Made by a program: the position numbers and the translations under genes. Below the pieces are notes generated by a model. It was not told the origin of the DNA and did not search any database. It was given only the letters and a program-made list of their open reading frames with translations. 32,000 nt of DNA from Ignicoccus pacificus DSM 13166. GTDB taxonomy: Archaea; Thermoproteota; Thermoprotei_A; Sulfolobales; Ignicoccaceae. Below, in pieces: positions 9,368 to 18,022 of the stretch (the first letter of the stretch is position 1; each line of letters begins with the position of its first letter). The stretch spans positions 570,001 through 602,000 of the forward strand of contig CP006868.1 of the NCBI GenBank assembly GCA_025340205.1. The letters are read 5' to 3'.

Positions 9368-9798
9368 TCGTGGTAACGATTTACAGCGTGGTCTTGGTTG
9401 AAGCTAAAGGAGTAAAGCACTGCGACATGACTGTGGAAAACGGGAGGCTCAAGTTGGAGCTCTTGGGAGAGAGGCTGAGGGGGAAGAGCAGGAGGGGGCT
9501 TTCAAAGCAGATGGACTTGCTACTCTACAAGCTTGAAAAGGAAAAGAGGAAGAACTACGGTAAAAAGGAAGTTATCCTTGACTTGAGCTTTGACGACATA
9601 AGGTGCTGGAGGATAGAGAGACATACGGGCAAGGGCATAGCAAGAGAGTACCAAAACACCTTCGTGTTCATAATTAGAACCAAGGATGGAAAGGAGTACA
9701 AGATGCTCGTGTCTGATAAGGTCTTCAAGATGTTTATAGATAAAGTGATTAAGCAATTTAAGAGAGCTGAGATCGAAAAGTGCTCCTTCAGAAGGTAA
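9364..9798 (+). CDS. Hypothetical protein
   Basis: 144-aa ORF with GTG start overlapping upstream stop (GTGA); charged soluble composition. Confidence 0.6.
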   Translation: MIVVTIYSVVLVEAKGVKHCDMTVENGRLKLELLGERLRGKSRRGLSKQMDLLLYKLEKEKRKNYGKKEVILDLSFDDIRCWRIERHTGKGIAREYQNTFVFIIRTKDGKEYKMLVSDKVFKMFIDKVIKQFKRAEIEKCSFRR

Positions 9799-9835
9799 AT
9801 TAGCCTTTTCGAAAGGAGCTCAGTAGGTCCCGAAA

Positions 9836-10657
9836 GTGGAGGGGAGGAGACTCTGGATATATGAGACCTACGGTCACGTCTACGATGTTTACGTTAAGGG
9901 AAAAGACGTTCTAGCAGTTAATGAGAACAAGCTCCTACTTCTTAATGAAGAGGATTACAAGGTACTCTACCAAGCCCCCTTCGGTCTAACCTGCGTGAAG
10001 CCTATGGAATTTGAACTCGTTTTAGGAATGGAAGGGAAAGCGCTCCTCTTCCTAGGGGAGGAGGAAAGTAAGGTCGATCTAGAATATGGAGTTAACGACT
10101 GTATGCCTAAGGGGAACAAGGTAGCAGTAGGTCTATGCTGTAACGGAATGGCTTTGGTTGAAGATGGAGAGGTGAAGTGGCACTTGGAGACGGACAACCA
10201 CGTGTACTCTGTCGATTGGTACGGAGACGTAATAATAGGGGCGGGCTTCGACGGCTTCCTTTACGCTGTAGGCGAGGAGGGAAAGGTGCTCCATAAGCTC
10301 CCATTAGCTGAGAACGTGAACGTGGCTAGGGTTTGCGGGGACCTAATAGCGGTAGGGACCTTCGAGCCCGGTCAGCTCTACTTGCTCAAATATGATAAGA
10401 ACAACGGCTTCCAGATGGTTTGGGGAAAGAGGGATTTCTTTGACGTGAGGGCTTTAGCTTGGAGAAACGACTGCGAGTACTTGTTCGTGGCTGACTGGGA
10501 TGGAACGGTTGAGATATACGATCGACTAGGAAACATAGCATTGAAAGGAGTCGGGCCCAGATCTATGGAAAGCGCGCATTGGAATGGCGATTACGTGGCT
10601 TTAGGAGGCTGGGGAAGGATAGAACTCTACGAGATCAAAGAATCTTCCTCTGAATGA
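9836..10657 (+). CDS. Intracellular beta-propeller (WD40/PQQ-like) protein, related to the 4586-8062 propellers
   Basis: No signal peptide; VARVCGDLIAVGTFEPGQLYLLKYDKNNGFQMVW...RALAWRNDCEYLFVADWDGTVEIYDRLGNIALKG aligns by eye with VGVCGKYLAVVTSNKLYLYKLTDPTDPTYLW...NLAFSPDCRYVAVADTGNRALKIYDIQGNLVLKR. Confidence 0.8.
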   Translation: MEGRRLWIYETYGHVYDVYVKGKDVLAVNENKLLLLNEEDYKVLYQAPFGLTCVKPMEFELVLGMEGKALLFLGEEESKVDLEYGVNDCMPKGNKVAVGLCCNGMALVEDGEVKWHLETDNHVYSVDWYGDVIIGAGFDGFLYAVGEEGKVLHKLPLAENVNVARVCGDLIAVGTFEPGQLYLLKYDKNNGFQMVWGKRDFFDVRALAWRNDCEYLFVADWDGTVEIYDRLGNIALKGVGPRSMESAHWNGDYVALGGWGRIELYEIKESSSE

Positions 10658-10772
10658 GGTAAGCTAGGAGGGGAGCGGTATAGAGCAACGTAAGGAGGGT
10701 CCTCCCTAGTACTGATATGCTGGAGTTGATGAATGCCATCGAAATAGCGTCCACTAGCTTCCTCCAGCTCAT
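10635..10772 (-). CDS. Possible 45-aa single-TM micro-protein
   Basis: MSWRKLVDAISMAFINSSISVLGRTLLTLLYTAPLLAYLIQRKIL, ATG start with GGGG upstream; absent from the ORF track because it is short. Confidence 0.35.
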   Translation of the reverse strand: MSWRKLVDAISMAFINSSISVLGRTLLTLLYTAPLLAYLIQRKIL

Positions 10773-10837
10773 TTTAGCCCCTTAGAGGTATAGCCTTTCC
10801 GAGAGCTAGGAAAGAACGGTTTCAATGACACTTATCT

Positions 10838-10900
10838 CTCACCCCGATATGGTCTAGGTAAGACCGGAGATGAGCGCGAGTCGGAGAGCCGAGGGGTGAG
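10838..10900. ncRNA. Candidate structured RNA (low confidence)
   Basis: Outer stem CTCACCCC (10838-10845) / GGGGTGAG (10893-10900), internal stem-loops GGTCT-AGGTA-AGACC (10851-10865) and TCGG-AGAG-CCGA (10881-10892). Confidence 0.3.
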
Positions 10901-10993
10901 GAGACCAGCTGAGCGGCGATCCATTTCCCACCCCAAACCCGCGTCCCTCCTTTAAACGGGTGGTCCATCTCTATAATCGAGGGGAACCAAGAA

Positions 10994-11812
10994 GTGACCG
11001 ACAAAGTGAGGTACAGAGCGGCTCTCAGAGGATGGCGGATAGTCGACGCCTTGGCCAGACCGGTATACAAGATATACGAGAGGAAGCTGGAGGACGAGGT
11101 GAAGAGCGGTCCTATACCGAAGCACGTGGGAGTGATTCCAGACGGAAATAGAAGATGGGCACGAATGAGAGGCTTGCAGGAGTGGCTAGGTCATAAGGAA
11201 GGCTACAAGAAGATGAGGGAAGTACTCCTCTGGCTCTTAGACGTGGGAGTAGAGATAGTAACTGTATTCGCCATGTCCACGGAGAACTGCTCGAGAAGGA
11301 AGAAGGAGGAGAGGGAGAAGCTCTACGAGCTCATAGCTGGTGGTCTAAGGGAGTTAGCAAAAGAGGAGATCGTTCACAAAAATAGAATTAGGGTGAAGGT
11401 AATAGGAAGGGACAACATGTGGCCTGACTTCCTCAAAGAGGCTGCTAAGTACGTTGAGGAAGTAACCAAGGACTACGGGGATAGGCACATAAACATAGCC
11501 GTCTGTTATGGAGGAAGACAAGAGATCGTGGACGCCGTGAAGAAGATAGCGGAGAAGGTGAAGAGGGGAGAGCTAGAACCGGAGGAAATAGATGAGGAGA
11601 CCATAAGCAAGCACTTGTACACCGCTCACCTTCCAGACCCAGACCTAATAATAAGGACCTCGGGAGAGGAGAGGATAAGCAACTTCCTCTTGTGGCAGTC
11701 CGCTTACAGCGAGCTCTACTTCGCAGATATGTACTGGCCCGAGATAAGGAAGATAGATATCTTGAGAGCAATTAGGGATTATCAAAGGAGACAGAGAAGG
11801 TTTGGAAGATAA
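10994..11812 (+). CDS. uppS: Polyprenyl (undecaprenyl-type) diphosphate synthase
   Basis: HVGVIPDGNRRWARMRG, GHKEGYKKMREVLLW, FAMSTEN, DLIIRTSGEERISNFLLWQSAYSELYF: cis-prenyltransferase signatures. Confidence 0.95.
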   Translation: MTDKVRYRAALRGWRIVDALARPVYKIYERKLEDEVKSGPIPKHVGVIPDGNRRWARMRGLQEWLGHKEGYKKMREVLLWLLDVGVEIVTVFAMSTENCSRRKKEEREKLYELIAGGLRELAKEEIVHKNRIRVKVIGRDNMWPDFLKEAAKYVEEVTKDYGDRHINIAVCYGGRQEIVDAVKKIAEKVKRGELEPEEIDEETISKHLYTAHLPDPDLIIRTSGEERISNFLLWQSAYSELYFADMYWPEIRKIDILRAIRDYQRRQRRFGR

Positions 11813-11863
11813 AAAGGGTCGGCTGAGAGAAGAGTCATCACCTCTCAGGAGACCGTCGTGCGC

Positions 11864-12280
11864 TCATCCCCCCGTAGAGCCGAAGCCTCCTCTCCTTCCA
11901 TCGTTCGGAGGGAGTTCTTCAACCTCCACCGGATCGAAGTAGGCTACTGGAACTATTACTAGCTGTGCTATCCTCTCTCCCCTCTTAATTTCAATTTCCT
12001 TATCCGTAACGTTGGTCATAACTACCTTAAGCTCACCTCTATATCCGGAATCTATCACTCCGGCTAGACAGTGGAGACCCTTCAAGGCTTTTGAGGATCT
12101 ATCCTTCACCAAGCCTACGAAGCCTCTGGGAATGGCAACCGCTATTCCCGTTCTAACGGCCTTTACCTCATTTGGTTTTATTGTAGTATCTTCCAGAGCA
12201 TACAAATCTAACCCAGCATCCCAAGGATTAGCCCTCGTGGGGAGAATCGCTTCCTTCACGAACCTTTTTACCGGAAGCAC
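11864..12280 (-). CDS. dut: dUTPase / dCTP deaminase-family protein
   Basis: DAGLDLYA, KDRSSKALKG, GVIDSGYRGELKVV, GERIAQLVIVP, RRGGFGSTGG: dUTPase motifs 1-5. Confidence 0.93.
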   Translation of the reverse strand: MLPVKRFVKEAILPTRANPWDAGLDLYALEDTTIKPNEVKAVRTGIAVAIPRGFVGLVKDRSSKALKGLHCLAGVIDSGYRGELKVVMTNVTDKEIEIKRGERIAQLVIVPVAYFDPVEVEELPPNDGRRGGFGSTGG

Positions 12281-12914
12281 GGGAGGCCCTCCAAGAAGCT
12301 AGGAGGCCCAGAAATATGAAGGGGGATCCCTTGAAGTCCTCCACCGCTTCCAACTTGGCGGGTCTGGGAACCTTCTTCTTCTCAGGGGACTTCACCACTA
12401 CCTTCTCTTCAATGAGTTTTATGGGATAGAGCTTCTCCCCGAACAAGTAGAGGCCTCCTCCCGAGACTACGGACTCCACCAAGGACAACAGGGTGGGGTA
12501 GCGATATAGGTAGTCCTCACCCAAGACCAAGGGAGGATAAGCTCCGGTGGCTATGTGCCAAGCGCTGTCGCCGAGGACGTTTACCTTGAAGGATATGAGG
12601 AAGCCGTCGAACACGTAATTACCATCCTTGTCCTTCTTCGCCGTGCTCACCACTACCACGTTGCCCCTCTTCCTCAGCTCGTCGAGAGCCGCAGCTTGGT
12701 TCTTGTCAAACTTCATGTAAGCTATTGCTAAGTCTGCGGTAATCATCTTGAAGCCCAAGGGGAAGTAGGAACCTGCCCTCTCCTTGCTCGTCAGCACCGT
12801 CAGCTTGCAGAGCCTCCAGTTCCCCACTATCTTGTCGGCGTCGGAGGGGCCCACTATGGCCACTACCAGCGGTCTTTTGAGCTCCGTCAGCATGCGTTCG
12901 AATCGGTGGAGCAT
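12228..12914 (-). CDS. Hypothetical protein overlapping dut
   Basis: 228-aa ORF, VVAIVGPSDADK..., 53 bp same-strand overlap with dut. Confidence 0.6.
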   Translation of the reverse strand: MLHRFERMLTELKRPLVVAIVGPSDADKIVGNWRLCKLTVLTSKERAGSYFPLGFKMITADLAIAYMKFDKNQAAALDELRKRGNVVVVSTAKKDKDGNYVFDGFLISFKVNVLGDSAWHIATGAYPPLVLGEDYLYRYPTLLSLVESVVSGGGLYLFGEKLYPIKLIEEKVVVKSPEKKKVPRPAKLEAVEDFKGSPFIFLGLLASWRASRASGKKVREGSDSPHEG

Positions 12915-12964
12915 TCGATACCCCTTAGCTCTATAGTGGCATAGGTAAAGTAGGTGAGGTTAAT

Positions 12965-14041
12965 TTGAGGATAGCAATAGTAGGAGCCGGTTTCGCCGGT
13001 CTCATAGCAGCTAGGGAACTTAGCAAGGTTTCTCACGTCGTAATTTACGAAGAACACGAGGAGGTGGGGGTGCCGGAGCACTGCACAGGAATAGTCTCCG
13101 AAAGGGTGGTGGAGGAGATCGGAGAGAGTGCTAAGAGGAACGTGGAAGGCTACTTGGAGGAGTTCAAGGTAGGACTGCCAAGCGGAAAGGGAATAACTCT
13201 CAAGGGTCCAAAGAGGTTCACCGCCAAGCTGAACAGAGTTGGCTTGGAAAAGGACTTGCTTGAGGAGATATTGAGCGAGGGAGTTGAGTTTAGGAATGAA
13301 ATGGTACTTAACGTATCAAAGGACGCTAGAGTGAACGACGAGGCGTACGATAGGGCCATAATCGCTGAGGGGTGGAGGGCGGAGCTCTCGAAGAGGTTAG
13401 GGATAGCGCATAAGGCTAGGATCGTTTATGGAATAAACTTTGAGGTAAAGGGTAAAACAGCTCATCCGGGCTCCGTAGAAATATGGTTCGATAAAGCTCT
13501 AGCTCCGGGGTTCTTCGCTTGGGTAGTGATGCTAGAGGATAAGGCAGTTGTCGGAACGGCCTCTGAACCGAGGAAGGCGAACGTGAGAGAACTCGCTAAG
13601 AAGGTGAAGGAGATAGCAGAGAAGAGGGATTTGATCAAAGGTGGGGTAACTAAAGAGTATGGAGGAGTGATCTTGACCGGTCCTCCGGCCTTAAGTCCTT
13701 GTACAACCAAGGTCTGTTCCTTTGGAGACGCTGCCGGTCTGAACAAGCCCCTTACGGGGGGAGGTCTTTATCCGAATACAGTAATAGCTAAGAGGTTCCC
13801 CGATACGTTTCCTAACTTAAGGAAAGCTTACTATCCATTAGTTGAGAGACTTAGGCTAGAAACCATCTTAGCGAGGATAGCTCATAAGGCCCCTCAGAGG
13901 TTCTACGAGAAGTTCTTCGAGAACATGAATGGGATGGAGATAAGGATAAACGAGTACGATAACCATCTAAGGACGCTGAGGGAAATGGGTATCGGAAACC
14001 TCCTAAGACTCCTTGGAGTTACCTTGAGATCTCTCTTCTAG
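12965..14041 (+). CDS. FAD-dependent oxidoreductase, geranylgeranyl reductase-like
   Basis: N-terminal MRIAIVGAGFAGLIAARELSK (Rossmann GxGxxG), EHCTGIVSERV, and FGDAAGLNKPLTGGGLYPNTVIA FAD-binding motif. Confidence 0.88.
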   Translation: MRIAIVGAGFAGLIAARELSKVSHVVIYEEHEEVGVPEHCTGIVSERVVEEIGESAKRNVEGYLEEFKVGLPSGKGITLKGPKRFTAKLNRVGLEKDLLEEILSEGVEFRNEMVLNVSKDARVNDEAYDRAIIAEGWRAELSKRLGIAHKARIVYGINFEVKGKTAHPGSVEIWFDKALAPGFFAWVVMLEDKAVVGTASEPRKANVRELAKKVKEIAEKRDLIKGGVTKEYGGVILTGPPALSPCTTKVCSFGDAAGLNKPLTGGGLYPNTVIAKRFPDTFPNLRKAYYPLVERLRLETILARIAHKAPQRFYEKFFENMNGMEIRINEYDNHLRTLREMGIGNLLRLLGVTLRSLF

Positions 14042-14704
14042 CTCCTCGATCGCTATTTCCTTCAGCTTGTACGTGCCCGTGGTCCTATCCTTAACTACTA
14101 AACCATCCTTTACAAGCGCCTTAAGCCTGTTTTGAATGGTAGTTTTAGTGTAGCCATGTCCTTCCTTCTTGAGAGTACTGTATATATCTTGAAGTCTCGC
14201 CTCTCCAAAAGCTAAGAGCCTCATTATGTCTCTGTCCAAGCTGTCTTTCATGTATACGTGCATCAAGAACTTGCTTATGTTTATCAGTGGAAGCAGGGTA
14301 CCCGAGGTGGGATCGCTTTCTATCTCTAGGAATAACCAGACCTTCTCTTGATCCTCTAGCCTTAGGCTTAGGGCGGCTGTGTACAAGGCTAATACTATGA
14401 ACCTCATTCCACAAGAGAGGCAGATCACGTTTATCCCTTTCTTCACCCTCTCCTCAAGTTCCCTTCCGATGAGTAAGGCGGCCTTGATTATTCCCTTCGG
14501 TTCCTTGGGCACCTCTACCTCGTGAACTACGGAGTAACCCCTAGCGATCATCCTGAAGTTCTCTAAAGCCACCTTACCTCTGTCGTCTTGATTCTTAGGA
14601 ATGTAGGCTATTATTTCGTTGATCTCTCCCCACTTCTTCTGGGCGGCTATCATGCAGTGCATGGGACCTCTTTCGTCGAAGCCTACGGGGGTGTGAAGAA
14701 ACAT
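14003..14704 (-). CDS. CARF-like domain + winged HTH transcriptional regulator (Csa3-like)
   Basis: HTPVGFDERGPMHCMIAAQ, INVICLSCGMRFIVLALYTAALSL and C-terminal wHTH RLQDIYSTLKKEGHGYTKTTIQNRLKALVKDGLVVKDRTTGTYKL. Confidence 0.68.
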   Translation of the reverse strand: MFLHTPVGFDERGPMHCMIAAQKKWGEINEIIAYIPKNQDDRGKVALENFRMIARGYSVVHEVEVPKEPKGIIKAALLIGRELEERVKKGINVICLSCGMRFIVLALYTAALSLRLEDQEKVWLFLEIESDPTSGTLLPLINISKFLMHVYMKDSLDRDIMRLLAFGEARLQDIYSTLKKEGHGYTKTTIQNRLKALVKDGLVVKDRTTGTYKLKEIAIEELEERSQGNSKES

Positions 14705-14715
14705 GAGGAAACACC

Positions 14716-15597
14716 TTACTTTATGTAGGCGGTAGCCCTATCCATGACAGTACAGTAGAGCTTTACCGTATCCTTGTACTTGTACTGCCAAGGTCCGGTG
14801 TAGATTAAGTGGGCCTCTAGGTTAGCTCCAGCGTAGTATAGATCTCTAGTAAGGAACAAGGCGAGGGCCTCCGCTAGGGGCTCCAAGCTGGGGTATCCCT
14901 TACCTAAGGGAGTTCTCTTCTTCAGTATGAACGTCCTGAATCTGAACGCTATTATCTGAGAGAATCTGAGGCTGAAGAACTTGTTTGTCATCTTCTTGAG
15001 CTCGTTTAATATATTCAACCAGAAGTCCACAGTGGCCTCCTTGTCTGCCGCCGCTATGTTTCCATGCTCATATACCTTTAGCTCCCTCATGAAATCGTTC
15101 TCCAGCTGAGCGCTCGGTATTACCCTTTCATCGCCAACCATCTCTATTATCTCCTTTATCTCCTTTAAGCTTCCTAAGAACCTAGCTGTGTAGGTGGTCT
15201 CAAGGGAGACGTAGATATCGGGTACCTCGCTTAATATCGCCTTGACCACGTCGACAACAGGTTCATAGTCGTAGGGAACTCCTCTTACCTTAGCTCCTAG
15301 GTGCATGTTGAATATCTTCGCCCCCGCTATCCTGGCCCTCTTGGCCGCTTGTACCATTGCCTTCTTCACTTTGTTATGGGTGTATTGATCATGATTAACT
15401 AAACTGTAATAGGGAGCGTGAGCGGTTATTAAGACGAAGTACTTGGAAGCGAGCTCGTTATACTGCTTGAAGTAATCCTCAGTGTACCACCTTCTGGAGA
15501 AGTCGGCGGGAGGGATCTCGGTCAGCCTCATTCCAGTCAAGGACGCCTTCTCGAGTTTGGTTAAGCCATTATAAGTTCCCCAATCGAACAATGCCAT
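14716..15597 (-). CDS. Xylose-isomerase/endonuclease IV-like TIM barrel protein
   Basis: MALFDWGTYNGLTK..., VLITAHAPYYSLVNHD..., KIFNMHLGAKV, YVSLETTY; start revised from the track (15714) to the internal ATG at 15597, preceded by GGTGG. Confidence 0.75.
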   Translation of the reverse strand: MALFDWGTYNGLTKLEKASLTGMRLTEIPPADFSRRWYTEDYFKQYNELASKYFVLITAHAPYYSLVNHDQYTHNKVKKAMVQAAKRARIAGAKIFNMHLGAKVRGVPYDYEPVVDVVKAILSEVPDIYVSLETTYTARFLGSLKEIKEIIEMVGDERVIPSAQLENDFMRELKVYEHGNIAAADKEATVDFWLNILNELKKMTNKFFSLRFSQIIAFRFRTFILKKRTPLGKGYPSLEPLAEALALFLTRDLYYAGANLEAHLIYTGPWQYKYKDTVKLYCTVMDRATAYIK

Positions 15598-15671
15598 AAG
15601 CTTTCCACCGTTTTGTTTACTTCGAACTCTAAAATTTAAGGAAAACACCCCAAATAAGCCTCTAGAAGCTA

Positions 15672-16403
15672 TTGGTGATAGAGGAGGATAGTTTGATCTG
15701 CGTGCCCTCACCAATGGAGAAAAAGACCACAGTTTGTTTGATAGCGTACAATAAACCGCTGCTTGACGAGGATCCTAGGAGGCTTCCCCTTCTAGCCGTC
15801 AAGACCAGTACCGGCAAGGTTATCGAGAAGGGCATTTGGCACTACCTCACGAGGGAGTGGAAAGAAGGGTGGAGCGGATGGTTGAGTCAGGCGCCGAACT
15901 CTTTTCCCTCAGTATTGGAACACATAACCTTCACTTTCTTCATAGATGGTATTTCGAGGGTTACCTCCCATCAATTGGTTAGACACCGTCTAGTATCCTT
16001 TACTCAAGAGAGTCAGAGGTATACCGAGAACAGGATACTGAAAGTAGTAGATGCGAAGGACTTGGAAGACGCTTTCGCTAAGTGGAGCGCTGTGCTGGGG
16101 AGGGGCGAAAGGGAAGTCGTGGAGGAGCTTTGCGTTCTCCCGGTGAAGGATTTCTGGAGGAGCTGCGCCGCTTCCGTGCTGGAATACCTAACTTGCAGGA
16201 TAAACGGGAAGCGCATGGAAGACTGCAGATACGCCCTTCCGCAAGCTGTGAGGACCTCAATTATGATGACCCTTAACGCTAGGGAGCTGCTGCATGTAAT
16301 AGAGCTGAGGGCGGACAGGAGGGCTCAATGGGAGATCAGAGGCGTTGCCTTGGCCTTGAAGGATCTTGCAAGAAGAATAGTACCAGAAATATTTACGAAG
16401 TGA
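15672..16403 (+). CDS. thyX: Flavin-dependent thymidylate synthase
   Basis: RVTSHQLVRHRLVSFTQESQRYTE contains the RHRxxSxxxxSxR ThyX motif; LPQAVRTSIMMTLNARELLHVIELR. Confidence 0.95.
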   Translation: MVIEEDSLICVPSPMEKKTTVCLIAYNKPLLDEDPRRLPLLAVKTSTGKVIEKGIWHYLTREWKEGWSGWLSQAPNSFPSVLEHITFTFFIDGISRVTSHQLVRHRLVSFTQESQRYTENRILKVVDAKDLEDAFAKWSAVLGRGEREVVEELCVLPVKDFWRSCAASVLEYLTCRINGKRMEDCRYALPQAVRTSIMMTLNARELLHVIELRADRRAQWEIRGVALALKDLARRIVPEIFTK

Positions 16404-17430
16404 TGAAGGTATAGACCGAGAGTATCAAGGATATGCTGGCCAGTATCAGTATCAACGTCCTCGTCTCCACGAACTTCTTACCCTTGTGTATTAATATCGT
16501 GAGCAATATTACAGGAGTAGAATATATCAAGGCGTAGAGGGCAAGTACTGGTAGCCTGAGCTCTGGGGGTAAGCTCGAGATCATGCCCATAGCGCTTAGG
16601 TACGCTCCGACGACGCATGGCGACATGGAGATCGTGCTAGCAGCAGCTCCCACCAAGAACACTGAACTCTTCTTCAACACAGCCCTGCTCAGCTTCTGAG
16701 CCGCGAAGCTGGCCGCTTTCTTGAGCTTCTCAGTAGGCTTTAAAGAGGCGACTATCATAAAGCTGGCTGCTCCCATACCTATTACTGAGTATATCTTAGA
16801 GGCTCCCAAGGTGCTCAACACTCCTCCCAACGCCATGTGAGCGCCAGTATAGGCCACTAGGAAGGCTAAGGCCTCCTTGTAGCACCTCTTCCTCACATTT
16901 ACACATAATATCATTAGGAGCCCATATATGGAGAGGCCTACTGGATTTAGTGAGTCCGTTAGGGCAGCGATGATTATCGGAACTATCTTGGGCGGAGGGG
17001 CCTTAGAGGTAACGTTTGAAGTGATTATGTCGACCAACTGATTGCCATAGTATACCTTGACGCCTTTGCTACTACAGTTCATTACGTTCAACCAGAACTT
17101 CGTATCCAATACTGCCCCTTCCACCACCGCTACCAACTTAGATTTACAGTAAACTAAGGTTATCGGTACTCCCGGGATTAAGCCTGCTTCTTCTAAGTAC
17201 TTCGTCGCCACATTGAGGAGTTTCGTGTGATTCAAGTCAACGGGTATCCACACGAGCGTGAAGTTGTACTGAGAGGAGAGGTTTCCGAGGAAGGCCTTCA
17301 AGTGAAGGCAAGGAGGGCCGTTGTGTATCCCGAGCAAGTAGAGAGTGAAGTTGGAGTAGGACGTCATGTTCAGCATTATTATCGGTATCGATAAGCCTAC
17401 TACCGTAGCGTTGGAACACGCTATAGGCAC
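16393..17430 (-). CDS. Thioredoxin-like domain fused to CcdA/DsbD-like membrane domain
   Basis: N-terminal extracytoplasmic-like region FTLYLLGIHNGPPCLHLKAFL then multiple TM helices starting IIIAALTDSLNPVGLSIYGLLM, characteristic of DsbD/CcdA. Confidence 0.72.
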   Translation of the reverse strand: MPIACSNATVVGLSIPIIMLNMTSYSNFTLYLLGIHNGPPCLHLKAFLGNLSSQYNFTLVWIPVDLNHTKLLNVATKYLEEAGLIPGVPITLVYCKSKLVAVVEGAVLDTKFWLNVMNCSSKGVKVYYGNQLVDIITSNVTSKAPPPKIVPIIIAALTDSLNPVGLSIYGLLMILCVNVRKRCYKEALAFLVAYTGAHMALGGVLSTLGASKIYSVIGMGAASFMIVASLKPTEKLKKAASFAAQKLSRAVLKKSSVFLVGAAASTISMSPCVVGAYLSAMGMISSLPPELRLPVLALYALIYSTPVILLTILIHKGKKFVETRTLILILASISLILSVYTFITS

Positions 17431-17434
17431 TATC

Positions 17435-17953
17435 TCACACCACTCTGTTGCGCCTTCTGTGGAGGGCTAAAATGTAATTGACCGGCCAGACGAAGGCGTG
17501 GAGGTCCCAGAGCAAGACTATGAGGAAGCTCGTGACCAGAGATATGTGGAGCGCCAAGTTAAGGAGGGTGAATTCGCTTCTCAGCGCAATTCCGGAGAGA
17601 CAACAGAGGAACGCCATCAAGCCCCTAGCGCTTCTAGTCACTATAGTGTAAAGAGCGGAGGCTAGCAAGCTAAGCCATGCTAAGGTCGTCGGAGCGTCAG
17701 TACCAAAGTACCTAGCTGATGCCAACATCCATGAATTCAAGTGTGTTATTGTGCTAAACACTGCATATATGAGGAATGCAGAGTATATCAGCTTGAGCTT
17801 TTTGTTCCTTATGAATGGTATTATTAATAGAGGCAACACGTAATACCACCTAGAGAGCACCACGCTCCAGTTCACGACAGAGGACAAGTGCCACAGCATG
17901 AACGTTATCAGTAACACGTGGAACGCTATCGCTACTTCTCTTTCCCCTAACAA
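17435..17953 (-). CDS. Multipass membrane protein, unknown function
   Basis: 172-aa ORF, several hydrophobic helices; tight spacing with the downstream CcdA-like gene. Confidence 0.6.
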   Translation of the reverse strand: MLGEREVAIAFHVLLITFMLWHLSSVVNWSVVLSRWYYVLPLLIIPFIRNKKLKLIYSAFLIYAVFSTITHLNSWMLASARYFGTDAPTTLAWLSLLASALYTIVTRSARGLMAFLCCLSGIALRSEFTLLNLALHISLVTSFLIVLLWDLHAFVWPVNYILALHRRRNRVV

Positions 17954-18022
17954 CGCTCGCTCCCCGGTACGGTATTCCGAAGGATAAATAGCAATAGTTT
18001 TGGTAGGTTACTGGGAGCCGAA

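Noticed and set aside
10867-10912. Box C/D sRNA-like pattern (GAGATGA ... CCGA ... GTGAGGA ... CTGA)
   Set aside because: C and D' boxes deviate from consensus and the C'-D spacing of about 6 nt is too short for a guide; kept only as a generic structured-RNA candidate.
14716-15714. Track start of the TIM-barrel protein at 15714
   Set aside because: The first ~39 aa (MVRARRSNYPPLSPIASRG...) overlap the divergent thyX start and look non-coding; the internal ATG at 15597 with an upstream GGTGG is more plausible.
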